A stretch of 63,660 bases of DNA, the filler included, from Octopus bimaculoides (taxonomy: Eukaryota), in NCBI RefSeq assembly GCF_001194135.2. It is 7 parts of 5 records of this genome, joined end to end, with 100 filler letters (N's around TTAATTAATTAA, not from the genome) between each part and the next. Parts side by side here need not be neighbours in the genome. Positions count along the whole stretch, not along the records: positions 1 to 10,869 come from NC_068987.1; positions 10,970 to 22,131 come from NC_068983.1; 5 more parts are not named here. One strand, written 5' to 3'. Of this stretch, positions 1-12,271 are shown one piece after another (the stretch's first letter is position 1; each line of letters opens with the position of its first letter). The position numbers were made by a program, and so were the translations under genes. The notes beneath the pieces were generated by a model that was not told the DNA's origin, did no database searches, and saw nothing but the letters and a program-made list of their open reading frames with translations.

Positions 1-38
<38 letters not shown>

Positions 39-65
39 TACATATATATATATATACATATGTAT

Positions 66-106
<41 letters not shown>

Positions 107-170
107 CGCATATATATGTATACATATGCATATTTATACACATATATGCGTAGATAGATATATATGTATG
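1..170. repeat. Compound (GA)n/(TA)n/(CA)n microsatellite
   Basis: Directly visible dinucleotide runs. Confidence 0.95.
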
Positions 171-1167
171 TATTTCTGTATGAATGTATGCATGCAGAAG
201 CAAAAATGAAGGGAAAGGTGGAAAGAAAAAATTAAAGGAACGGAGCGAGGATTAATACGACTCATACAGAGACAGGGATATTAAGTTAAAAGGAAGTGAG
301 AGAAGACTTGACGAAAAAAAAAGGCACTGAATTTAACAATGGAGTAGTTCATACACTATTAGATGTCATTCTATGTTTTAATTTGTTCATAGAAATATAC
401 ATTTCTCTCCAAAAATTAAACGATACAATTTAAAATTGAAATCAAAACACATTATTTATAAAATTCTAATTTAATCTTCTTTTTCCATTTTCTAATACGT
501 AGCTGGATCGATCAAAACATTATTAATTTATTATTTTGTTTTATTTTACACTTTTCTGTCTCTTTTAGATAACTCAACGAATAAACGGAAATTATGAATA
601 TAAATCATCTTAAGTATAACATTTGTTTTGAAATTTAGCAATTGTGGATATATATAGTAAAAATGATCGCTTCACAATTCTCTATCTACGTGTTCTATTC
701 TACGGTTAATCCGCTCTGCCAAATTTCTTCTGTTTAATGTGGAGGAATACTAAATTCTCTTTGATCGAAATTTGAGAGTCGAAAACTCATTAGAATATAG
801 TGGAACATTTCTTGTTTAAATCGTTCTGCGTAATCTGCTTCCCGTTGTCACACCAAACTCTGATTGTTGAATTCCTTAAGTACAGTCCAAAGCTGGACTA
901 GATCTGCATTGTAATAACTTTCAATTTACATCTACTCGATCCAGGAAATCACAACAATTGTTGTAGTCGTTACTCTACCTACTTTGTATAAGAAAGGAGA
1001 AAATCAACACTGCAAAATGATTTTACGAAGTTTGTGGTAGAGTACTTAGCTGATTTCGATGCGTATGTATATATATATATATATTAGAAAAAAATAATAA
1101 GGTACTCAGAGATCTGGATGGTTGTACATTTACAGATTTTTATTAATATGTCACGTTTTTATAAAAC

Positions 1168-1210
1168 ATATATAGCGCTTGCATCTACTCTAATAGATTC
1201 TTCAGATTTG
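1168..1210 (-). ncRNA. Degenerate minimal type I hammerhead ribozyme motif
   Basis: Minus strand reads CTGAAGA-ATCTA(TTAGAG)TAGAT-GCAA-GCGC-TA. Helix II is perfect and loop III is the palindrome GCGC, but GAAA has become GCAA and helix I does not pair well. Confidence 0.45.
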
Positions 1211-1705
1211 AATTTCTTTTGAAGAGATTCGTCTCTTTTTATAGTATCATTGAGTGTGTAGGGATGGGGAGACAGGGGTGAAAAGTAATGTGGGGTGTAT
1301 AGGATAGTAAAAGAGGGTGAGGAATGAGGAGAAAGTGAGAGAGAGAGTGTGTGTGTGAGTGTGTATGTACCTGTGTATCTGAAAGGAGTGTCAATGGAAA
1401 ACAGAAGGAAGGACAGAAGGAAGAGAGAAAGAAGAAGAAATGTGTTTACATCTATATTCCTAGTCAGTTCTTTCAATAGAAGATTCCAAGTTGATTCTTG
1501 GTGTTTAAGAATGGCAAGACCAGGTGGCTATGCCAAGGGGCGACTGTTTTGATGAGGAATAATAAAAGTTATTTTTCAAAAAATTGTCTGGACTTATTAT
1601 CATCATCATCATCCTTGTCCAATGCTTGATTCCCGTGGTGGTATGGGTTGGAAAATCTGGAAGCAAGAATATTTCTATTTCTGTATATACACATATAAGT
1701 ATAGC

Positions 1706-1746
<41 letters not shown>

Positions 1747-1912
1747 NNNNNNNNNNNNNNNNNNNNNNNNNNNNNNNNNNNNNNNNNNNNNNNNNNNNNN
1801 NNNNNNNNNNNNNNNNNNNNNNNNNNNNNNNNNNNNNNNNNNNNNNNNNNNNNNNNNNNNNNNNNNNNNNNNNNTATATAAAGTAATAATGATAAGTAAC
1901 TGAGTATAACTT

Positions 1913-1948
<36 letters not shown>

Positions 1949-3102
1949 GTAATAATGATAAGTGACTGAGAACAACTTACTTCAATAACGTACAGATTGA
2001 GTCGACGGAGCGATCCAATACGAACTCGTATAATACTGATACGTATTTAGATAGTTGCAAAGATATTAGCGAGTACAAAATGTACGGGGATACAATGTAG
2101 AACATATGAAACTGACAAGATAGAGCAGAATCATTTGAACGTCAAGCAAAATATTTTGTCATATTTATTTCTGTAATTTACGTTCCATGTTGAAATCTTG
2201 CGTTCGTCAGATTTCCAATTTATCACTCCGCTGCCGATTAATGAAAATATCAGTCAAGTACTGGGATTGATATAATTAACACTTCGCTTCAAATTGACGG
2301 CATTATGCTGTTAAACAAAATCATTTCCTTCACCCACGACATAAAACATAAGACAAATTGTCATCAAGAGTATATTTATATTTTTAATAATTACAATGAC
2401 TTAGTAATTCAGCGCAGTATTTGCATGGTTAATTATCTGATTAAGTAGTGTAAGTTTCGGTATAACTTTTATCGAAAGTTATTTGTTATTGTCATATCAA
2501 AACAAGTCATTCATGTGTATTACTTTACTTTAATTTTTCTCATGGATTTGTTGATTCTGATTGCTATATGTTGGGATGTGGATATATTCTGCATATTAAT
2601 TATGAATAAATGCTTCTGTTACATTTTCCATAATTAGATTAATAATTTCATTAACAATTAAGAATTAAATAATGGAAGTAATTAATTTCAATTGTCTGCA
2701 CAATCCTCATATGACATCTTCTATTACGCACAACAAGATACAAACATTCAGACAATTGTATATGCATAAACTAATGTATCAGAGATATAAATAACATATA
2801 TAAATGCATTAACGTATATACACACAAATACGCATGCACATACACACATGTATGTCTATATGTATATATATATATATATATATATAAATATATATATATA
2901 TATGCTCTCAACATTCGTGTTTGAGATTATACTGAAATCTATATAAAAACAATGCGTAAATGAAAATATATTGGCAGCAAAACCGCAAATGAAGTATCAA
3001 ATATAATTAAAAACAATTAGGTGTCAGAATAAATATACATTTTATTATATTATTTAAATATTAAAGAGTCTTCTGAAATCACCTGTTAAAGTCTGTCATA
3101 CC

Positions 3103-3142
3103 GGCCATGACGAAGGGAAATAGCCCTGAAACTCGAGTCGCC
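3103..3142 (+). ncRNA. Minimal type I hammerhead ribozyme motif, one core lesion
   Basis: GGC-C[A]TGACGA-AGGG(AAATAG)CCCT-GAAAC-TCGA-GTC-GCC. Helix I GGC/GCC, helix II AGGG/CCCT, palindromic ACTCGAGT helix III, GUC triplet, one extra A in the CUGA box. Confidence 0.65.
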
Positions 3143-3985
3143 TTTATATATATATATATTTATATTTATATATTTATATATTTGATCCTTTATATTGAAC
3201 ACTCAATATTTCATCTACATTCAATACTTTCTTTCATGGTGCCATCCATTTTTATTTTATTTTATTTTATATTGTATATTGTATATCATATTATATATTG
3301 TATATTCCATATTCTATACCCCACATTAGTTCTGCAGGAATATAAATAAAACATAAAAAACAGACAGTGTTGGAACTCTTTTAAGCNNNNNNNNNNNNNN
3401 NNNNNNNNNNNNNNNNNNNNNNNNNNNNNNNNNNNNNNNNNNNNNNNNNNNNNNNNNNNNNNNNNNNNNNNNNNNNNNNNNNNNNNNNNNNNNNNNNNNN
3501 NNNNNNNNNNNNNNNNNNNNNNNNNNNNNNNNNNNNNNNNNNNNNNNNNNNNNNNNNNNNNNNNNNNNNNNNNNNNNNNNNNNNNNNNNNNNNNNNNNNN
3601 NNNNNNNNNNNNNNNNNNNNNNNNNNNNNNNNNNNNNNNNNNNNNNNNNNNNNNNNNNNNNNNNNNNNNNNNNNNNNNNNNNNNNNNNNNNNNNNNNNNN
3701 NNNNNNNNNNNNNNNNNNNNNNNNNNNNNNNNNNNNNNNNNNNNNNNNNNNNNNNNNNNNNNNNNNNNNNNNNNNNNNNNNNNNNNNNNNNNNNNNNNNN
3801 NNNNNNNNNNNNNNNNNNNNNNNNNNNNNNNNNNNNNNNNNNNNNNNNNNNNNNNNNNNNNNNNNNNNNNNNNNNNNNNNNNNNNNNNNNNNNNNNNNNN
3901 NNNNNNNNNNNNNNNNNNNNNNNNNNNNNNNNNNNNNNNNNNNNNNNNNNNNNNNNNNNNNNNNNNNNNNNNNNNNNNNNNNNNN

Positions 3986-4024
<39 letters not shown>

Positions 4025-4216
4025 GTATGTTTGTATGTATGTATGTGTACACACAAACATACACACCCACACACACACATACACACAAGGGGTGTTGAAT
4101 AGACTGTCGTCTTATTTACGCAAAAATGAAATTTACGCTGACGTCTCAGTTTTATAGATATATTTACATAATTTGCATTAAAATATTTTGAAATACTAGA
4201 GTAAATTTATGCGATA

Positions 4217-4275
4217 AAATCGACATTGGTTTCATCCACGACCTTTAGACGACTTAGGAATCTTCTTCAACTCTT
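4217..4275 (-). ncRNA. Eroded hammerhead-like motif 3' of the PLE ORF
   Basis: Minus strand TTGAAGA-AGATTCC...GGAT-GAAAC-CAAT-GTC, about 470 nt downstream of the endonuclease stop on the same strand. C3 is mutated and helices I and II are weak. Confidence 0.35.
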
Positions 4276-7200
4276 CTGGACTTTGGTAAATGTTTAAGTT
4301 GGTAAATGCTGCCATAATTCTCCCCTTCAGTTCAGTATTTGTTTTGGCTATTTTTAGAAATGTTGTAAATATTTCCCAGGACTTTTTACATTTCAATAAC
4401 CATTATCACCATTATCATCACCTTTGATATTGTTGTTGTTGTTGGTGGTGGTGGTGGTGGTGGTGGTTTTGGTGATAGGAGTAGCTATGGTAACAGAACT
4501 TTAAACTCAAAATAAGATTATTATTACTAACTTTTCTCTAGATTTAGGTAGTATTTTCCTGCTATCGTTATCATGCGTACCTTTAGAATTATTCTTGCTG
4601 CAAGAGGTCGTTGTCATAGCAGTAGAAATAGTACCGATATATTATTATTATTATTATTATTGTTGTTGTTGTTGTTGTTATTTATTTAGCTTGAGGTGGA
4701 ATTTATCAATAAAGTTCTTTTCTCTGAATTTTCTCTAGATTTCACTTGCACTGTGTAGTTTGTGGAATGGAAAACTTTTCCGACCACATGTTATTCAAAG
4801 GTATCTGACGGACATCTGGGTTTCTAATTTGCACAGGTGAAAGTTCTGATGGTACATTTACAGTCTTACCCACATATTGTTCTTCACAATTTGGGCATTT
4901 GATGCAGTAAATTAAATTTCTGCTTCTGCAGTTCATATTTGCGTTTGTGAATATTTTTCCGGTTTTTGTGTTCATACATTGGCTAGTATGTATGAACTGG
5001 CACGTGCCACATCGGCTATCATTGCATTTGGATACAGTGAATGATTGGTATTCGTTGCTAAGATCAAATTTTGACTTTGTTAATAATTTTTTCAAGTTTT
5101 TAGGCAGTCTTTTAGTAAGAACCACAGCATGATCCGTAGTTATATCTTTTTAATTCCTTACGTTGAGCAATGATTGGTATGTTTGCTTCGGCAATGTTGA
5201 AGATATTCTGGTGACATGGGTTGTGTGTCACTAGAAATGGTATGACTTGTTCTTGTTTCCTTCTTCTGTAGGTTGTCCTCAGTTGTTATATGAGTATTTT
5301 TATAGTCTGCTGTCTGCCATTTTCTATAAGTAGAGACGGGTATTTTTGTTTGAGCAAAAATTCTCTTATTCCTGTTAGTCCTTTGTTCCTGATATTCGCA
5401 TCTACTACAATGGTACAAATTATTCTGGTTAGGCAAAAATGGGATCTTGCGTTTTGTATGTGGTGGATGACACGACTTACAATTCCGGTATTGATGAGTG
5501 TCCGTGTGTTTATATTATATATTTGTGGTAAGGAATGGTAATTTGTTACTACTGATCACTTTTGTAAATTGTAGAGATGGGTATAGGTTGTCCAAGAGGA
5601 TATTGAACTCTTCCAGAGTATTTAGAGATTCTGTTCAGATTATGAAGCAGTCCTCAAGGCATCTTTTCCATGCCGCTTCAATATACTTTCTAAATATAGT
5701 GCTATAACTTTCCTCTACTTCTTGGTAGAGATGTTGTTCCATGTATCCCATTATAGAGTGAGCGTAAACGGGAACAAATCTTATTTCCATCGCTGTGCCT
5801 TTAATTTGGATGTTTTCCAGAATAAGACTGACTATGTTTAATATAAATGGCACTGTGAATTTGATGGGAATCAATTCACTATATTTTTCTACCCAGTAAT
5901 TAATCGTCTTTATTCCTCTATCATGTGGAATATTGGTGTAAAGGCTTGCCACATCATGACTAAGAAAAAGTGAATTCGTTTCTTTTGTTTTAAGTCTTTT
6001 GGATATAGTAATGTAATGTACTCATTTTCTTGTTCTTTTACTGCATGTTGAATATATTTTGACTTATGTATTTGTGGTAAACCGTAGAGGTTTCTGCGTT
6101 TTGGTTCGTAATTGATGATGTACTCCCTTTCATTATCGGTAAGTGAGTTGTAGTGTTTTGACACCAGGTTGTTGATCTTCTTCATGATGCGGCGGTCTAT
6201 ATTTTTAGTTATTTCAGAACAGGTTGTGTCCTGCAGTTCATCCTCACCCACATTCTTGTAGTATTCGGCATCCATAATAACAATTGCACTCCCTTTATCT
6301 GCTTTTTGATTATCATTGTCTGATCGTTTTGCTTACGTTTAAGAGCAGACATCTTCGATTTGTTAATATTTCGCCAAACATTCGTGTTGCGTCTCAGGGG
6401 AAATTTAGATAGCATATCAATGCATTGGTCAAGATAGTTATTTCTCCCTTTTGGTGGGCTGAAATTTGATGTATTTTTTACTAGGGATTCATCAATCTCA
6501 TTACATTTATTAGTGATGAATTCTACAAGTAACTTACGAAAGAATGCTTAGATATCCACCTTTAGTTCTTGGTGATTAACTATTAGCGTAGGTTGAGCAG
6601 GAGGATAATGAAGATCGAGAGAAAATGGAATTAATCACTGCCAAGATCTCTTTTGGATAACTTAACTATTTTAGGATCAATACGTTTAGTGGTTTTAGAT
6701 ATGTTACCTCATGGATTTTTCTTTCTCTGGTGTCTGTTGTCCGACGTTAGAAAATTGATTTTTCTCTGTTTATGATTTATGCTCCTATTGATGCTTATTT
6801 GATGGACTTCGTGTTTTATCTGTGGTATTTCAATCCGTTTCGTTGTGTTTTCTGTCCTGTTTTTGGTATTATGTATGTTACTTTTCAATTTCTAGTAAGG
6901 ATTTCTAGTTAGTAGGTTTACTTCCAGATCTAGATCGGATTTTTGCCCAGTTTCTTGTAGGTAATCTCTGTTGAGCTCTTGAAAATGATCGATTATTTCT
7001 ACTCCTAATGGTCTGATCAAAGGTATATCTATCTTGTTTGTGCTTTTTCTTCAAATTGTGTGCATTAGGATGTTTGCGTACAAAAAGAGAAGAGTTCTTA
7101 CCGTATTGCATTTTCAATTCATGGTGAATCGAGTGTTCATGTTGCCACGTGATGTGGTGTTTGTTGAGTTGGTGAAATTGTCCACTTTTAATGCTATTTC

Positions 7201-7453
7201 TCAGAGTCCTAGAGTCTTTACCAAAATTTATAGCATATTTGTCGAGAAATAATTGTTTCTACTGCTATAACTTTCTTGATATGCTTTCGTCTTTTGAGAT
7301 ATCTCTGATCCATAGTTTGCTTTGATATTCCGTCTCCAATTTGACCATCGATAGTTTTCCATTCTGCTTTGTAACGGGATTGTTTACACAGGGTAATTGT
7401 TGTGTCGACGCCACCAATCGAAGAAGTAGGATTGCCCAAGACATATAAATAGA

Positions 7454-7533
7454 GGTAGTATACCCGTGGTAGTATACCCGTGGTAGTATACCCGTGGTAG
7501 AGTTGAGTAGCCGTTGAGTAGCAGTCGAGTAGA
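7454..7533. repeat. 14-bp minisatellite (GGTAGTATACCCGT)x3 followed by degenerate 11-bp repeats
   Basis: Visible tandem copies at 7454-7500, then GTTGAGTAGCC/GTTGAGTAGCA/GTCGAGTAGAG. Confidence 0.85.
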
Positions 7534-8707
7534 GATTATCCGAAGGTGGTAGATAGCAGTAGTTTGAGACTTAACAGTAATGGAGATGTCAGGCCTGAAT
7601 TTTGTCAAAGTAAGATCCCATCNNNNNNNNNNTATACATATATATATATGCATGTGTTTATGTATATAATGCATGTACATATGTATCTTTGTGTGGTTAT
7701 TTTCACCATGAGAAAAACATATTACTATGTTTTTCTAAAGGATTTCCAGTGTGAGTGAGTGCATGCATGAAGTTATAGTGTTTTGATTAAATCACACAAT
7801 ATGTTCTCTTCTATTGTTGAAAAATGATTAGAATCACATGATATGAACGTGAGATGCGTGCTTAACAAGTAGAAGAGTGCTTCCTATCTCCATTTTTTTA
7901 ACAAGTCATGTTAATGTAAATAACATTTCATTATGAATAATTAAAGAAATCAGTATCGCTAAACGTGGAGGTACAAACTCTCGGCCTAACGGATTCACTT
8001 TACTGAAGTAAATAATTTATATGTAACATCTCATTTTGGATAATTATTGTCCCTCAAGTTGTCACCTAAATCAATCTATCTATTTGTCTATCTATCTATC
8101 TATNNNNNNNNNNNNNNNNNNNNNNNNNNNNNNNNNNNNNNNNNNNNNNNNNNNNNNNNNNNNNNNNNNNNNNNNNNNNNNNNNNNNNNNNNNNNNNNNN
8201 NNNNNNNNNNNNNNNNNNNNNNNNNNNNNNNNNNNNNNNNNNNNNNNNNNNNNNNNNNNNNNNNNNNNNNNNNNNNNNNNNNNNNNNNNNNNNNNNNNNN
8301 NNNNNNNNNNNNNNNNNNNNNNNNNNNNNNNNNNNNNNNNNNNNNNNNNNNNNNNNNNNNNNNNNNNNNNNNNNNNNNNNNNNNNNNNNNNNNNNNNNNN
8401 NNNNNNNNNNNNNNNNNNNNNNNNNNNNNNNNNNNNNNNNNNNNNNNNNNNNNNNNNNNNNNNNNNNNNNNNNNNNNNNNNNNNNNNNNNNNNNNNNNNN
8501 NNNNNNNNNNNNNNNNNNNNNNNNNNNNNNNNNNNNNNNNNNNNNNNNNNNNNNNNNNNNNNNNNNNNNNNNNNNNNNNNNNNNNNNNNNNNNNNNNNNN
8601 NNNNNNNNNNNNNNNNNNNNNNNNNNNNNNNNNNNNNNNNNNNNNNNNNNNNNNNNNNNNNNNNNNNNNNNNNNNNNNNNNNNNNNNNNNNNNNNNNNNN
8701 NNNNNNN

Positions 8708-8794
<87 letters not shown>

Positions 8795-8795
<1 letters not shown>

Positions 8796-8958
8796 CCATT
8801 GATTACGACGACAAGGGTTCCAGTTGATCCGATCAACGGGAGCAGCTCGCTCGTGAAATTGACGTGTAAGTGGCGGAGCCCTCTATAGACATACGTACCA
8901 CAATGATAGTTCTTAGGGTGGACACAGCGTGACAATGCTGGCCCTTTGAAAGATAGGT
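8795..8958 (-). mobile_element. 3' part of SINE family C
   Basis: Reverse complement matches the body and tail at 12995-13158 (aagggccagc...aatttcacgagc...gatcggatcaactggaaccct..gtcgtcgtaa). Confidence 0.8.
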
Positions 8959-9911
8959 TCCTGTAACTTGAGTTGCGTTCTTTATTCAGAATGTGGTCGA
9001 GTATTGTCTTGCAAAAGAATTGACCCAATCTCGGTTTTTTAATTGAAAGTTCTCTCAATACTTCATTGAATTGGTTGATATATGCATCCGCTGTAGTTGA
9101 CTGAAGAGGTCTCATGGAACTCCAATGGATGACGCCAGCGCTGGGCCACCAAACAGAAATCAGTAACGTTTTTTTTGTGAATATTAATTTTGGATTGTGT
9201 TTTGGTAATTCGTCTCTATCTATTACCGTGTAGAACGCTTGCTATTGTTGGAAAGAATCCATGTTTCATCACACATAACAGTACGATGCGAAGATTGTTC
9301 GTTTTTGTGTCGTGACAGCAAGGAAACAGTAAGTTTCAAGACGACGTGTCATTTGATGCTCGTCCAGTTCGTATGGTACCCACTTGACCAGTTTCTTTAC
9401 CTTGCCGATTTGCTTCAGAGGGTCCAATATAATTGGAATCGAAACGCCAAACCTTGCTGCTAACTCACGCGTAGTTTGAGATATATCCGCTTCCACTACA
9501 CTTTCCAGCTCCTCATTATCCACCTTGGTCTCAGGTCTACCACGGGGCTAATTTTTGAGAGTAAAGTCACCAGACCGGAACTTCTCAAACCATCGACTTA
9601 CAGTGCGCTCATTCGTCACATCTCCACCAAGCGACTCATTGATGTTTCGAGCTGTCTGGGATGCATTGGTCCTACGACAGAACTCATATTCATAAACAAG
9701 ACAATTTTTTGTTTTCTTTCTATGGGTTCACAAAATTAATTTACAAGAGAAAATTCATAATATAATCAGATTCCATGAACTGCATTTCAAAAACTGATGA
9801 TGTAACTCTTCAATGTTGTAAAACAAAGAATTGTCTGCATAAAACATTAAAGTTAACGACTGTCAAAATTGGTGTATAAGAAAATCGGACATTTCATTCT
9901 TAATGGCCTGA
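8958..9911 (-). mobile_element. 3'-truncated mariner transposon, dead transposase
   Basis: KWVPYEL (WVPHEL motif), HTH region SQTTRELAARFGVS and a QDNTRPH-like motif near 9000. 5' TIR TA|TCAGGCCATTAAGAATGAAATGTCCG ends at 9911; the 3' end is replaced by the SINE. Confidence 0.9.
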
Positions 9912-10081
9912 TATATATATATATACATGTATATATATATATATATACANNNNNNNNNNNNNNNNNNNNNNNNNNNNNNNNNNNNNNNNNNNNNNNNNNN
10001 NNNNNNNNNNNNNNNNNNNNNNNNNNNNNNNNNNNNNNNNNNNNNNNNNNNNNNNNNNNNNNNNNNNNNNNNNNNNNNNNN

Positions 10082-10128
<47 letters not shown>

Positions 10129-10571
10129 AAGAGAGAGAAAGAAAGAGAGAGAGAGAAAGAGAGAGAGGGGGGGTTAATTTTACATCGCACTACAGTTGGA
10201 TGTGTTGTTTGAAACGCCGTAAACTTCCGCAACACTTCCGAGAAAACATTACGTACACACGTTTACTGATAAACGGCCTCCGTTCCTGGAATCAATGGCT
10301 GCTTAGTGCGAGAATGTGCATGGAGGATGCATTGGAGGGAAACGTAAGAAACAATGAAGGATTGCGTCACCTGCACATGTTTATATTTATATGCGTAAGT
10401 AGTTAAGTAGGTACATGTGCGCACGCATGTGCACGCATGCATTCATGAGTTTATATGGAGGTATAAATAAAGTATACATACATAGACACACTCACAGAGA
10501 CGCACGCATGCATGCACACACACTTCTATGTTTATGCATCTCTGTATGTATGTATGTGTGTATGTATATAT

Positions 10572-10608
<37 letters not shown>

Positions 10609-10620
10609 CATATATTTATT

Positions 10621-10869
10621 TATTTATTTATTTATGTGTTTCAGCGAAGTGGCTGCGGTCATGCTGGTGCACCACCGTGATTTTCACGTTCCTCGCATGG
10701 CTCTTCTCCCCCACCTGACATGGTCCAATCAAGAGTTTTGATGGCACATCTGGTGTATAAGAGAATTTGACACAGCTGCCCTAAACTTCGTCTCATTACG
10801 AGCCATTGGTTCGTCTGGTACCGTGGAGAGGAAAGCGTCAAGTTTTGTCTTCAAGATCTCCGTATCCAT
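10621..10869 (-). mobile_element. 3' end of a CR1-like LINE
   Basis: Minus frame MDTEILKTKLDAFLSTVPDEPMARNETKFRAAVSNSLIHQM...stop at 10729, resembling the CR1-group ORF2 C-terminus (K.KLD.FL..VPDEP...AA.SNS). Short 3' UTR and (TAAA)n tail follow. Confidence 0.7.
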
Positions 10870-10996
10870 NNNNNNNNNNNNNNNNNNNNNNNNNNNNNNN
10901 NNNNNNNNNNNNNTTAATTAATTAANNNNNNNNNNNNNNNNNNNNNNNNNNNNNNNNNNNNNNNNNNNNTATATATATATATATATATATATATAT

Positions 10997-12271
10997 GACA
11001 GGAAGGACAACAAAAGAAAGAAAGAGACCTCGATATTATGCAAATAGAGGAATTTATCTGTAAAAAATATGTGACACTTATTTAGTAGCCATGATAAAAC
11101 TCTGAGTTTCGGATGCCAGGGTGGGAGTAAAGATCTTCAACAGACAACTTAAAAATTAGTTTTAGCTCAACTGCTAATTTTAAGAACATAATCGCTCACA
11201 ACACACAAAAGCCACAATATGAAGCCAGCTGTTCATGCAGGGATAAAAACTTGTGCCCGCTAAATGGAGCTTGCATGTCCGAGACCATCATTTATGAGGC
11301 CACCGTAGACTCTGTATCCACTAAGGACGCAGTTTCCACGAAGAAATACGTGGGCCTCACGGAGAGTAATTTCAAGGCCAGATTCAATAATCACACTTTG
11401 AGTTTCAGGCACTGGGACAAAATAAAAAACGACAAAATTATCCAGTCACATATGGTCTTTAAAAGATAAAGGTGTCAGTTACAACATCCATTGGAAGATC
11501 CTTTCCAGATGGCTCATCTGGAAAGGCAGATTAGACCCCACAACATGTCTAAATTCAAAGACTGAACTTTTCGGATCATGTTCACATGTGGCCAAATATT
11601 TGCTACGTTTTTGGTCCCCCTGTGTTTACTGATAAGACTTGCTTTCTATTTTTGTGTCTATCTATAAGCTTTTTATCTCTCTATAATTATTACTTATATT
11701 TCTTATATATTTTTAAAATATTTTAAAATATTTTTACTGATTAGGACCTGCTGATGGGACTGTACTGATAGGTTTCTATATTGTGTCTATGTATAAGCTT
11801 TTCACCTTTTTTTACTTGGATTTTATATTTGTATATTTTTAAATATTTTTAAAATTATTTTTATGTCTTTTTTACATAATTATAGGATTAATGTTTTTGT
11901 ATTTTTTCCACACATATTTTTCTGTTTTCTCCCCTCCACCCTGCTTTTTCCTGTACGCCTATAGACACGTACACGGAACTTTATATGTGCGCGCTTGTGA
12001 GTGTGCGCGTGGATGCGTGCGTATGTAGATATATGCGTGCGTATATAGAGATATGTGCGTGTGTATATGGATATATGCGTGCATGCGATGATATACGCAG
12101 TTTTAGACGCGTTTTGACCTTGTCACAACATAGTAATTTCCCTTTGTTTTTAACGGTCATTTTTCACAGGAATTTTTAATTGCCGGATAACTGAAGAGAT
12201 GCTAGCGTGGGCTCCCGCCCTGGCATCCGAAACTCGGAGTTTTATCATGGCTACTGAATAAGTGTCACATA

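Larger units (their letters stand above)
4090..7622 (-). mobile_element. Near full-length degenerate Penelope-like retroelement (RT plus C-terminal GIY-YIG, Neptune-like Cys motifs)
   Basis: Broken ORF about 7440 to 4742. RT motifs LYGLPQIHKS, DVASLYTNIPH, QIKGTAM and WKRCLEDCFII. Endonuclease CNDSRCGTC...CRSRNLIYCIKCPNCEEQYVGKT. Many frameshifts and internal deletions; outer limits approximate. Confidence 0.9.

Noticed and set aside
10261-10352. CTGATAA-ACGG-CCTCC...GGAGG-GAAACGTA
   Set aside because: G8 is replaced by A, there are four extra unpaired bases and helix I is poor. Its only apparent sibling (46819) proved coincidental.
10870-10969. TTAATTAATTAA embedded in N runs (also near 22176, 24910, 46763, 50398, 54915)
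   Set aside because: Identical 12-mer centred in about 100-nt gaps, with stops in all six frames. It is an assembler gap filler, not biology.
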